Source: Psammoneis japonica
Taxonomy: Eukaryota
NCBI GenBank assembly: GCA_008632985.1
Contig: QPGO01000026.1
Span: 1 to 64,000, forward strand
Direction of reading: 5' to 3'
DNA: 64,000 nt
In this document: positions 35,499-48,400 of the stretch, in pieces
Layout: every line of letters begins with the position of its first letter
Numbering within the stretch: position 1 is the stretch's first letter
The notes under the pieces: model-generated
Databases searched by the model: none
The model's input: the letters and a program-made list of their open reading frames with translations, nothing else
What the model was told of the DNA's origin: nothing
Translations under genes and position numbers: made by a program

Positions 35499-38400
35499 CA
35501 CTCCTGCTGACCAATGACAAGATTCTTGCCATTTCCAAATTTGACCATCTTAGGCACTTGGATGTTCATGATGGCTTGACGATCAATGATGAACTTTTTA
35601 CCAACCACTGGTTTGGTCATGTGGTCTGCCATCATCTTGTCTGTTGGGCAGAACTTAATCTCAAGTTCTCCTTGCTTGATGAGATCAGTGATGTAAAAAT
35701 GCTTGATGTTGAAATGTCTCGTGCATTTGCCCGAGCTGGCCTTTCCATTTTGTTCTAGTTTCATGCAACTTTGGTTGTCTTGATGCATGATGTTGCGCTT
35801 GACTTCAAAACCTTGAGCTTCAACAAAACGCTTGGTCCAAAGGACCTTTGCCAAAACGTCGTCTCCTGTGACGATCTCTGCTTCTGTAGAACTCCTGGTG
35901 TTGATTTTCTGCTTCGCACTGACTGATGTAACAACACCTTTTCCAAGGGTCATGGCAGAACCTGTGTGACTTTTGTGGTCCGGATGGACTGCAAATGCGG
36001 CGTCCGTGTGCCACTTGATGATGACTTTGTCTCCAGCCGACATGACTGCGACATGACTGCGACATCAAGCTGGGTTGTCCTGAGGAAATTCATGAGCCTC
36101 GCCAGCTTTGGCCAACCCAATTTGTTCGGATCCTTGACCCTGGTGGAGAGAAAAGCAACGCCAGGCTGAATGTCCTTTCTGGCTCTCTTGCACACAAACA
36201 TGCCCTTCATCACAAAAGTGCAAAATGCTTGAGCACGCTTGAGATCTAATTTCTTGGCTGTCTCATCCACCTTGTTGAGCTTCTTGCTCCACGGGCAATT
36301 CACGTCGCCCGACAATTCTTCTGGGAATTCTTTGAAGAACTCCTTGGCCATTCCTTGCACACAAAGCACCATGTCAACTTGCAGTGCTCCTGGAATTGAG
36401 CAATCCAGAGTCATGGCTAGACAGTCGTGCCTCTTTCCACGCGTGACTTTGACCTTTCCGATCTCATCCACGTGAGTTTTGTCCAACCAAATCTTGAATT
36501 CATCGTTGACCTTGCTGTCAACATGGCTAGACTTCAAATCGTCCACATGCCATGTCACCGTGTGTTGTTTTCCATTCACGATGCGGTTGGCGACACATGG
36601 ATCATGAGGATTGATCTCAAATCCGATTCCTTCGATGTCTCTGCGGAACTTCTTGCAATGAAGAATGGAGGACACCAGCATTCCGCAGAGCGCCTTCAAC
36701 ATTTCAACACAGAGAACCTTGTGTTTGCCTTCGCACACAATGTAGTCCTGGCAAGTGTCTGGATCCAATTCCAGCAACATGTCCACCATCCTTCCACGGA
36801 TCTTCATGATGATCTTTTCATCCTTGACCTCGATGTCCGTTTGCACAAATGCGCTCGGGATGTCCGCTGTCACAACGTCTCTGCCTTGCTTGGCATCAAT
36901 CACTCCTGCAATGAGAATGGATTCTGTGGATGCTGTCGGACTGGCAGTTTTGTCTCGGTCCATGTGCTCTCGTTGCGTGCTTCCATTTGCACACAACCTT
37001 GACTTGATTTGTCCATCTCTCTTCTCTGTGAGAAACATGAGGCTCTCCATGGCTCTCTTCCTCTCCAGAGGAGTCATGTCATTGATGTGAATGGGTTTGA
37101 AAACCACTCTGTCATGGATTTGCTTCAGCTCTGACACTGCCGACTTGTGGCCTTCTTCTCCAAACTTCTGGAGTCCTTGTGCCAAGCTGCAAGTCTGAAC
37201 AAATTGATGTGCTTCTTCATCAGTGGAAATCGTGCTGACCTTCTCGTTCCACTGACACATTGTCATGGCCATGATTCTGGCCGTTTCTAAGCTGCACTCT
37301 TCTTCTTGTGAATGAGCTTGAGTCTGTAGATGGCATTGGCAGTCTCCCAATCTAACTGGAGGTTTCAGAGTCCTTCCTGCCCTGGATGTAGCAACAGGCT
37401 CTTCTTGGACACTTTCTTTGGTTTCACTCTGCTCCTCTCCAGATTTGTCATCAGATTCCAGGTCTTTCATTTTGTTGATGATCTCTTGCACTTCCAGAGA
37501 GTGTACCTTCTCTTGTTCCAGCCTCTGTTGTTCATCAATGTGGTCAATCATGTCGTCAATTTCTTGTGAGATTCTGCTGCCGTCTGATGGTTGAGAACCA
37601 ACTTCGTCATTGTCTCCGAGATGCTCATCATTGGAGGTTTCTTCTTGAGTCTCGTCTTGTTCTTCACTGATGTGGCTGGCTTCTTCATCCAATTCTTGTT
37701 CTCAAATTATGTCTTGCAGCTCTTGACTAACTCTGTCACAGTCTCCCCAGTCTGGCTCTTCTTCCTCATTGTCTTCAGTTTCAATGTCTTCTTCTAGATC
37801 ACAGTCTTCGTCTTCAAATTGATCTTCAGCATGGTCCACTCCTGCAAGCCAAGCACTGTCATACAAAACAGCTCCAGCATGCTTCTGAATCTTGAGACCA
37901 TTGGGCATCTTGTTCATTTCAGCCAAACAATGAACCTGCTTTGTGATGGCGGGAGTGATGGGCACAGGGGTGACCTTGCGATGAGTGATCTTCTTGCCGG
38001 TTTGCAAGTGCAGCAACTCATGTCCAATCTGGTTGCTGTCGGTGGGGCGCAAATGAATGCAATCCAAGGTCCGTGACTCTTGGGTGTTCTTGGGGTCCGG
38101 GTCATTGTGAGCTTGCACACAAGTGCCGGACGTGATCTTGCAGCTCTTGTCACAGTCTAGATTCTTTTGATGGAGAATCATTCTTGGACTGCAATGTTTG
38201 GAAACGCCGTGCTTGGCTGGAAAATAGTTGAGCTTCTTAGCAGCTTTGGTGACCATGACTTCGACCATGAGTTTTGGCAGATGCTTGAACGGCAGCTGAT
38301 GACAGACTGCCCTGGCACGTTCTTGAATGACTCGGTTGTTTCTTTCGGCTTCTGGGACATGCTCCTGAGCATTTGCGTAGTTCATCTTTAGATCAAACTT

Positions 38401-40669
38401 GTCTTCTAGTGCACCCCCAATGGGCCTGAATTCGTTGTCGCAACGAATGCGTGTGACCTTCAAATCGGCCTTGTTGCAGACTCGCAGCACATCTTCCAGA
38501 GCTTCTTGATGAGTTGGTTGGGTCAAGTCCTTGAGCGGTTGTGCCGTGCAATAAAAAATGTTTCGTGACACTGTGGTGAGGAATGGCAACAAATTCACCT
38601 TGAGGCCGTCCAGGCAAAGAGTGACCTTGTGCTGTGCTGCAATGAGCTCCTTCGGGATCTCCACGCAGTCTTCTACAACTGGCTCCAGCTTCTGCCTTGT
38701 GACCTTGCCTTTTAGACTTCCAATGTCTGGTCCAAAAATCTTCTTGGCCAAATCTACATCCTCCGTTGTGACGGGATTGTTCTTGATGCTGTTCACGCGA
38801 ATGATGGCCTTCAGATCGTTCACGGCTGGGTTTCCCAACACGTGCAACAACTCCCCAGCCCTCTTGGCTTTCTCAAACTGTCGTGGAGTGTAGAACTTCT
38901 TGTTCTCTTCCACACTCTGCACAAATTGGAGCTGAGTTCCAGTGTCATTTATCTTGGGCTTGTAAATGGGCAGCCCTTTTCCATCCTCCTCGAACCCAAC
39001 CTTCTTGTTGGGGAGATGGACGGTGAATGCGCTGTCTTGCTTAGAATCACTTGTGATTCTGTGTTTCTTCTTCATGTCAGAGAAAGCAAAAATGTTGGTG
39101 ATTGCATCTGGGTTGAACCAAGTCTCACCAAACCCAGGCACTGTGGCCTTGTGTGTCATGACTGGGACTCCGCCATTGGTGTGCAAACGCATGGCTTCAT
39201 CCGATGGACAGACGTCTGCAACGAGCTTCTCGTTGCAGAAGATTGTGGTTGTGGACTGGTTGTCCAATAAAATCCAGTCTCTCATGCTGCCAGATTGATC
39301 CTGGCAGAGAGATGCATCGATGTGTGTGCCAGCCCATCCTGAAACAGCAGATTTTGTTCCAGTGGAGTCTTTGGCAGAAGAGTTGGCTCTGCACTGGCAT
39401 TGTCACTCGCCTGAGCGTTGCTTGCTTCTTGCTTAGCCTTGGCCTTGTTGTTGGCCCATTCTGCTTGAGGTTTTCCTTGCCTTTCCCAGCACTTGTTGGA
39501 ATTGTGTCCGGCCTTGCCACAGCAGCAACACTTGCCTTCTAACTGAGTGAAGGACAGCGTGATTTCTTGGTTTTCTTCTTCTTTCTTGGAGCCAGAGTTG
39601 TTGTTTTGATTGTTCCTGTTACGGTGGTTGTCAGGCTGACCAACGCAGTCAAAAGTGTGGTTGCTCAACACCGTGTTGGCTTCCACAATGGACTTGGTGC
39701 ATTGGTTGTTCTTGAGGGACTGCTGAGTGTTCAATCCTGTTAGAATTGATCTGCACTTCCGCTGGTCTGCGTTCTCCAAGTGCATGTAACCCATCAATTG
39801 GCTGAATGCCTTTTCTTGACACTTCTTGACAGAATCCGCATTGTGCTCATCGCATTCTGACATGCCTTGCACTGCCTTGGTGAGGATGATTGGTCCTCCA
39901 ATGTGAGACTTCATGATGTCCCTTGCAACCCTGAATCTCTTGGTGCAATCTTGAAGACTCTCCTTCTCCTTCTGCTTGGTTTCCAGCACCGCTCTCATTG
40001 AATCTGAGATGATGGCCATGTCACACCTGTGCTCTTGGCAGTTCAATGCATGCTCCTTAATGGCCTTGGGCAATTTGACAGGATCGTTTTCAATTTTGGT
40101 TTGGAACTCGGTTCTTGCTTGAATCTTGTTCTTCATGGCCTTGGAGCATCTCTCCCAGAGCAAAGCATGAGCCTTGATGAGGTTGTTCTCATGAGTTTGG
40201 GTCCTCTCAATGTGAGCATCAAATTCTGTCTTGAACTCAATTTCGTGCTGTTTGTTCAATGGCACGTCCACCTTGTCATCTCCAGTTGAGCTGTGACCTG
40301 CAAAGTCGGCTTCTTAGAACTCATGTCACATGGAGTGCAAGTGTTGAGTGCAGTTGCAATGTCATTTCCAAACTCACAAGTCTTCTTAATGCAGTCGATG
40401 ATGAACTCAGTGGCAATCTGAAAATCAGATGCTTGCTTGGCATTTCCAACACAGCAGACACAATCATTGATGCCCTTGTGGCTTTGCTTGCCACTCTTGT
40501 TTCCCCTTCCTAAGGGTCCTCTTCCTTGGCTTCTGTTGCCAGTTCCACCTCTGCCTCTTCCACTCATGACAAAAAGGCAAAGCAGCAAAATGTCTCACAC
40601 ACTGTGAGAATGACTCTTTTCTTTCTTGCTTTCTTTTCACAGCTCTCAGCTGGATTGTTCTCTTTTGGC
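35499..40669 (-). pseudogene. copia gag-pol copy B, frameshifted
   Basis: ORFs 40256-40588, 39282-40271, 37702-39285, 35950-37692, 35411-36043; 11-nt duplication (gacatgactgc) near 36040-36060 shifts frame. Confidence 0.92.
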
Positions 40670-40907
40670 TGTTGCAATTTGTCCTTCTGGTGACAGTTCC
40701 AGAGCCACCTCAGTCCTCTAAGGTCTGATCCTGAGGCTAAAATAGACAAGCTTGTTGTCACAATACTTTCTAAGAGTTTAAAGAGAACAATGACTACTTC
40801 CATTGGCAGTTTCAGTGCCTCACGTAGAGCACATGAGCGCTGACGCATGCGTCTTCTTCACGCTATCTAATTTCGGTGTTTGAACTTTTAATTCACCATT
40901 TCCAACA
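40670..40907 (-). repeat. LTR C (5' LTR)
   Basis: TGTTG...CAACA; retains more TpA than LTR A or B. Confidence 0.92.
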
Positions 40908-42689
40908 CCTTTGCTCCTTTGCTGTTGGAAGAAGGGTTGGACGAATGACTGCCACTTTTCGTGGTCTTTTTCTTGTTGCTTGGTGGCAGGTTGCACCTCC
41001 CACGACCAAGTCACTGTTGGCCTTGTTGGAGCCACCAGCGCCGCTTTTCCTGCGCGGCATGGACCTGGCCTTCTTGGTGGACAACTTGCCAACTGAGTTC
41101 TTTGCAGCAGTCTTCATTGTGGAGGTGTTGAAAGTGATGCCGTGCAACTTGTGAGATTTTCCAGCACCGCTCTTGGCAATGAATTTCTTGTGAGCAGCGG
41201 CAGCGACAGCAGCAATTTGCATGATTTGCAGGTGGGTCTGCTGGGTTCACCCCTGGCCTCACAGTCTTCCTCTTGGTGGCACCCTGAGCAGCACAGGAGG
41301 GTCAAGCTTGCAATTGACAGTGGGAGAGACAAGGGGCAGAGACACCGGCACACTTCATGATGTGCAGCCACCACTTCTTGCATTGCGCGCTGCAGAGGAC
41401 AGTGGGTTGCCGATTGCAGCATGCATGCCAGTTGTTGCAAAAGGACCCAGTTGTCATTGCACAACAGCCAAGCACAGAACAACCAACAAAGTGAGTGAGA
41501 TTTGCACAGTCTTGTGACATTGGCTCAAAATGATGATGGAATTCCGCAAGCATGCATTTCATGTGTGGGGCCAACACAAGTGCACCTCCACTGGGTTTGA
41601 GAGGTGCCTTTGCTTTGCAAAAAGAAAAACATGAGCCTGTCATGAAGGCTTCCCCAGAAACAGCAGGGCTCTTGTGCAGCTGCTTCCTGAAGCCAAAGAA
41701 CCTGATCACCTCCAAGCAAATCTTTGTCTGGAGTGTGGGTTCTGTCTTTAGCAAGTGACTGGTCCAAAGTGTGAAAGAGAGTGCCTCTCAGCAATCCACG
41801 AGTGCAGCTTGCTTGCAGACAAGGAAAACAACACAATGCCAAACAAGCACAAGACACTTGGCAGAAATGCAAGTGCAGGGGCTGACTTTAGGGCCAAGAA
41901 CACAGTGCCAAACAAGCACAAGACACTTGGTGGCAAAACAAGCACAGGGGTTGACTTTGAGACCAAACAGCAGTGCAGTGTGTGCGCAGCCAAAAAGATG
42001 TGTGTTTCCATCATCTGCACTGTGCTTGAGTGCACAGCAGGCCTGCACAGAAGGGGGCAAGCAAAGTGACTCAACACAATGAATCATGGTCCTGTGGAGA
42101 TGGTGCTGGGGCAGCATGCAAGCACAAGTCTTTTTGGTTCAATGCAAGCAGGTGTTGACAGCAGCAGCAAACATCATGTGAGAAAACAGCAACATTCAGA
42201 AAACAACCCTGACATCACACCCAACAACTTCAACTTGGGCTCCAAATGAATCACACACAAGGCACATGATGGTCAGACCCATCATCTCAATGAAAGAGCT
42301 CTCATCTGGATGGCGGCACATCGGACGACAAACTTTGGCAAGAGTGCTGGTGCTGGCCAGCACCCTGTCCATCACAATGATGCAATGTTCCAAACAGAGC
42401 TGTTGGAAATTGGCTCATTGCATCATTGGAAGAGTTGCTGCACAGAGTCAAGGTGCAAAAATGGAGCTTGGAAAGGTCCTTGATGCACCAAGCAGTGATT
42501 TTGCAGTGGGGTTACAGCACAAAAGGAGCCAAGGCAGGACATCAACACCTTGTGCTCACCAGGTGTGTGGATGATTGGGATGTGGGCAAGCACAAGATGT
42601 TGGCTCAGTCACCTGAGCTGCTGCTTGTGGTGGCAATCTGAGAACCTCTCAGAAAGAGGAATGCCAGAGCAGTGCACCAAGACACCATT

Positions 42690-44620
42690 CAATGGAGCAG
42701 CACTGTGAGAAAGCCCAAGGGGGGGCAGTCAGGCACATCTCTGACCACACAAAAGGTGAAGTGCTTGCACCAGATGATGTTGATGAAAAGACCAAGGACA
42801 CCATGTTTGAGGCACTTCAGATTAAACATCTGAGTCAGAGGATTCCAGAGGAAGATCATTTTCACAAGTTTGGTGAGCTGCCCAAACTCCAAGTTGTCGC
42901 CATTGCCAACAGCACCATCAAGACTGTCATGCAAAGACTGTTGGGGAGTGCAGGCCTCAGCAGATCTGATTTTAGCACAGCATCACAGCGGCTTTTCCAC
43001 CACTGTGGAAAGGCCAGCAGAGTGCTTTGAGAAGTGTTGTGCATGTTCACGAGCTTGCTGGCAAACAAATCACCCCCATGGGCCACTTGCCACACACTCA
43101 TGGCAAAGCAACTCACTGCACCAGACAAAAATCCAGGTGTCTGTCTGGTCAACATGGGGGAGGTGTGGCAGCAAGCCGTGGCTGAAGCTGGCTTGATTCA
43201 TGCTGTGAATGTGCTCTGGGGGCAACACAAATTTGAGGATGTCTTTGGATTTCTTTTTGTTGATGCTCCAACAGATTCGATGAAGAGAGTGGGGCCCCAA
43301 TGTTGTGCAATGTTGGGCACCTTTGGCCATCTGGCACTGGGCTCACCTTCAAGAATTGTTGCAAGCATTGGAGCACCCCAATCATCCGAGGACACTTTGG
43401 CAACACCTTTGTGCCATTCAGCAAAGAAGGTGTTACACAGGGCAGTGGCAGCCCCCACTTGGTGCAGCAGCTCATGGACTGAGATGATTTCATCCACTGG
43501 TTTGAGAGATGAGCAAGCATTTCAAAGATGTGCTCACCTCATCTTGGCACACTGACAACTCCACTGCAGCAGGAAAATTTAATGCCCTGCCTGATTTTTT
43601 CTTGATTCTCCAGGCTGAAGGCCCCAAGCATGGGTGCTGCACAGCCAACAGCTCCAAGAACAGCATCTCCTCAGCAGCCCCAAAATGCAACCTGGAAAAT
43701 GCCAGGGTGCACTTTGGGGACCTCGGCTTTGCTGTCAAATCTGGCGGGAGATGGATGATGTGCACATGGCGGCTGGCTGGCACAAGCTGAGTTGTGGACC
43801 TCGGTCATCCAAGGACTCACCAAGGTTGCAGCCCACCACCCCCAGGCAGAAGTCTCTGCAACACCAGTGGCAGCATGTCCACTGCACAGCTGAGGACTGT
43901 GGAGAATCACCAGTGGATGAAGCAGAGCGTGGCACAGCACAAATTTCTTCCAGCGCCAATCAGCAAGACTTTGGTGGTGGATGACAACCCAAGACCAGCC
44001 CCATCTGCCTTTCCAACAAAATTCTTGGGACTCACCATCCCTTGTGCAATGGAGTCTGTGGCTCAAAACTGCAAAGTGAGCACTCTCATGTGCTCACACA
44101 TGACCGACTCACTTCACGGGGCCGCTCCCCCAGCTCTCTTCTGCAGTCCACAAGGACACCATGTGCAAAGTGAACCAAGAAATGGCTGAAAGGAAAGTCA
44201 AAGTGCGTGAGGAGACCCTTGAAATGATCCTCAGGACTCTGCCTTGCCTCAAGGCCAGAGCTGTCAAGCGCAGAACCAAAGCTGGAGCACGGCTGCCTGC
44301 ACGCCCATCGACGCTGAATGGCGCAGAACTCTCAAGCCAAGAGCTCCATGATGCACTCTGTTTGCAGCATGGCAGCACTCCACCAGACCTCCCTGAGCAT
44401 TGTGATGGGTGCGGCCACAAATTCTCCATCAGCCACGCCTTTCAGTGCAAGAAGGGTGGCCCAGAGTCATCTCACGACATGATGAAGTGTGTGACAACCT
44501 TGGCGACCCAATTGGAAAGGCTTGCAAGCCTTCCTGCACATGTGACAAACCTCTGGTCAACCCTCCTGTTGGTCACATCTTGGGAAGCCCAGGCAACTGT
44601 GACAGCTCCTCAGGCAACAC
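42690..44620 (+). mobile_element. decayed non-LTR retrotransposon (RT plus Cys/His motif; CRE/R2-group-like)
   Basis: Fragments across frames: LTAPDKNPGVCLVNMGEVW, GFLFVDA, KEGVTQG, WHTDN (cf. WYADD), GPKHGC (cf. GPxYGY), KFLGLTIP, LNGAELSSQELHDALCLQHG..CDGCG..HAFQCKKGG..SRHDEV. Confidence 0.75.
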
Positions 44621-44959
44621 AAACACCAACAAGTCCAAGGATGGCGAACGTGAGATCTTCTTGCCATGAGATTTTGGGATGGAAGGACAGACAACATGGT
44701 GACGGATGTTTGCACGCACGCACTCATGCAGTCTTCGCTCACATTCGTTCCAGATGTGGATGCGAAAAAGCGCAAGCTCTGTGCTTTTCTCAAGCCGAAG
44801 CCCTTGTTGCAAAGCAGTGCTGTGATGGTCAAATGACGCTGACAGACAACACCGGCAGACACAACTGGCATTGCCTGAAACAACAACATTGATCCCACAC
44901 ATTTGTTCCAACGTCGTTTCAAGAATTGCTGCAAAATGTTCGATCCCTGTACGACACGA

Positions 44960-45361
44960 TGTGAGAACATGCATGTGTTCATGTGTCAGCATGCCATCAA
45001 GTCCTGCGTGTGACAACGACCGCTCAGAAACCGCCATCAACCACCATCAACGACTCACCCAATCACAGCTCGAGAAACGAATGAGATCGGAGGTCTTGGG
45101 TTCAAATCGAGAATTGAGCCTCACTTCTTCTTTTCTTTTATGCAATCAAGAACTTCTTGTTCCTGCCAAGTCTTTTCACTGCATTCATCTGTGTTGAGTT
45201 CGGCACAAATGCGGGTCACTTCTCGTTCTTTACAAACTCTTGTTGGTTGTTGAGTGGAGCAGTTTTTGTTCCCACAATTTAGCGGCTGGTCAATTCGCAC
45301 CTCCTGAGTTGTCTGTTGTTGCTGTTTCTGTCTCTGCGGCATAAACTGCCACATGCCCACA
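44960..45361 (+). repeat. 5' LTR (heavily TpA-converted)
   Basis: Aligns to 51414-51802; differences are dominated by TA versus TG/CA. Confidence 0.95.
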
Positions 45362-45450
45362 TGCTTCCTCTGCGCTGTGGAGACCTGACTCAGTTCAAAA
45401 TTGTTGCAGAAACCAGAGCCCAACATCATGGACGCCGAAACGACGACATC

Positions 45451-48400
45451 ATGAACGCCAAACAGATTGCAGCCGTGATTGCTGCAGCCATTCCCGCCGC
45501 CATCCAACCTCTTGTCAATGCCCAGAACAACCCTCCAGCTGGCAACTTCACTTGCTCACCAGCCTCAGCACGTGATGCACTGCTTGACTGCAGTCACCGA
45601 GGCGATGCCAACGCATTCAAGACATCCACTGAACCTCTTCCAACCACGTTCAACACCCAGAAGCCTGACATCCGAGCATTGCTCGATGAACTTCGTACAA
45701 GGTCCAAAGCTTTTGGTTGGAACGACATCCCAACGATCAACGTCAATGAGGGAGTGGCTGACGCCACCGCTGAAAACCGGAACATGCTCACATCCTGCGG
45801 AAACATCACACCGGAACAGATCCGCACGGTGTCCGCTGCTTGCACAAACAGGCAGAATCGTGAAACCCAGAACAACTGTCAGCTGTGCCTGTGCCTTCAC
45901 AACTTGGTGGATGAAGCCACCAAGCAAGTCATGGCCAATGAATCCAAGCAGCACTGCATTGGAGACATGGATTGCAGGGCATTGCACCTCAAAATCCTGC
46001 TCTCGAAGGCCGAGATTGATGCTCGCGCTGCAGCCTCCCATGTCCGCTCCGAGCTCGCATCCCTGGACAAGCACATGGTCGATGCAGCCAACCACGATGT
46101 CAAGGCATTCAACGAGCACGTGAGGGACCGGATCAAATCCCCATCAAGCTGAGGAGAAATGTCCAACGATCTCATCACGAACCCATTTGAGGGACATGCA
46201 GCGTGCACGGACAAGAACTTCACAAAGTGCACGGAGAAAATCAACGACGACTGCGATGATGGAGTCGACATTGCCCGTGAGCAACTCATGATTTGCGCTG
46301 AGAAGAAATGTCAAGCCCTCGTCCTCAACGAAAAGTGGAACGAACCAACCGAGGAACAAGCGCAAATTGTCGCTCTTTGCGCCAAAGTGAACGACCTCCG
46401 GAACCAACGCTCGCGCAAGTCACCCCAGACGCGTTCCAGCCCTAGGTGGGAGCTCGTAGTGCTGACGTGTGACACAAATAATTTTTATCATCCGTGGTAT
46501 GTTTTGCACGTACATTTCGACGTGTGATATTTAATAAAAATTGTCCAGACTCGCTGTTTTGCGAAGCCCCAGACGTTTTACATAACGAATTTATAGAAAC
46601 AATAATGCGCCAGTTACATTCTTCAATGTCTGAAGAATGTAACTGGCTAAGTAAAAAATGATGTACTTCAAAATTGCCTCATTTTCTGTTGGCGAACATT
46701 GACATTTAATTACCGTATAATTTTACTACGGAGCTCGCACGTAGAATTCTACGGGCCCAATGTCACACGGATTCCCACCTACGTCTGGAACGCGTCCCCA
46801 GCGGTCATCGGGCCAGAAACCTTCCAACGCCAGCCAGGCCAAGAAGTCCTCAAGCGCCACCAAATGCAAGAAAGGTGAAAAACCAAAATTTGAAGGAAAA
46901 TGGACTTGGCGCGGCGTCGAACCTCAGCCCGGAGAACCCAAAGTGAAGACCTTTGAGGGAGAAGAATGGAAGTGTTGCGACTTCCACAAGCACTGGGGAC
47001 AGCACTTGAGCAAGGACTGTCATGCCAAACAGAAAGCTGACAACTGGAACTCCGGCAACCCGAACCAGCCGACGTCCGACGCTCTCACCGCTTCCATGGC
47101 AAACATCGGCATCAACGACATGACTGGACAGGCCCAAGGCGAGTGAAGGTGGTGGTCAGGTTTGGAGATGATCTGTGCCACACTGCTTGTTGCACTGTTT
47201 GCGATCTTGGCTTGCACTGATGAAGTTGTGGACACCATTCTGATGAAAGCAATTCCCATCGCAGCCAACGTGATCAGCAGTGCATGTGATCCATTGCACT
47301 CCTTGTCTGACTTAGCCAAGCCCTTCCACGTCAGCCTAAATCCCAAGCCAAGAGTCCGAAGACCTCAGAGTCGGTGCAAGCGAGGCTCCACTTGCCGCCG
47401 CCGACATGTCCGACGCAAACGTGGAGCACGTGTCATGCACAAAGTCGTCGAGGTCCATGTGACCTGTGAACCAGTCATCGGATGCTCCTCCACCACCGAT
47501 GCAGAATGGTGCTCAACCTGCAACAACCACAGCTGTGACGCCAACTCGTTCCTCATTGGCATCGATGACCACGCCTCCCACTGTCTGACCAACTCGATGT
47601 CGGACTTCATCCGGACACCAGCAAAGGTCCACGTCAACGTCAAGGGTGTGTCCGGCAACGCATCGACCTCACACAAAGGAACTGTTTGTTGGCCCATCCA
47701 AGACAACCTCGGACAAACACACAACTTGAATGCACCTGGCGTCTGTTGTGCACCCAACCTCCCGATCCGGCTCCTGTCTCCGCAACATCTGGCTCAAGCT
47801 CTCAAGCCACAAGAGCACACCCAGGAAGGCACTCGTGCTACAACCACGAGCAACCACACTGTCTTAGAGTGGATGGACCGAAAACACACGCGGTTGGTCC
47901 CCCTCAACAAAAGCAATGTTGGTGTCTTTTGCTCCGCCCCTTCTTTTACGTCCCTTCAGGCGTCATGCGAAACATGCGACTGTCGTCGTGACGAAAACTT
48001 TTGTGCATTCCGAGCACACCTCATTCCGCCCGACGATGACACACCCGATGCCACTGTTGCTCACAATCATGCTCCTCCGCCCGACGGGGTCTCGGATCAT
48101 GCCAAGCAACCCACTGTTCCGACTCACACTCCGGTTGACGAAGCACCCGACGATGCAACTAGCCCGAACGAGAAAGCCATCCATGCGGATCAATCAACAC
48201 CTCCGTCCAACCCCAATGCAGTCGAATTCAACCCATCAGAGGACGGATCAGAGGGTGAACAATTCATCAAAAATGAAGAAATCATCACGCCTGCGAATCC
48301 ATCCCACGAACTGCTGCTTTGGCACTGTCGACTCGGTCATCTCCCATTTTCGCGCATGCAAGCTGTGGCTTGCAGTGGAGACCTGCCTCGTCGTCTGTCA

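Larger units (their letters stand above)
29847..40907 (-). mobile_element. tandem of two Ty1/copia elements sharing a central LTR
   Basis: Three ~238-bp LTRs (29847-30085, 35261-35498, 40670-40907) and two colinear ~5.2-kb internal regions with gag, PR (WILLDNQST), IN, RT (WHVDD) and RNase H; outer flanks ccgag and ccttt do not form a TSD. Confidence 0.95.
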
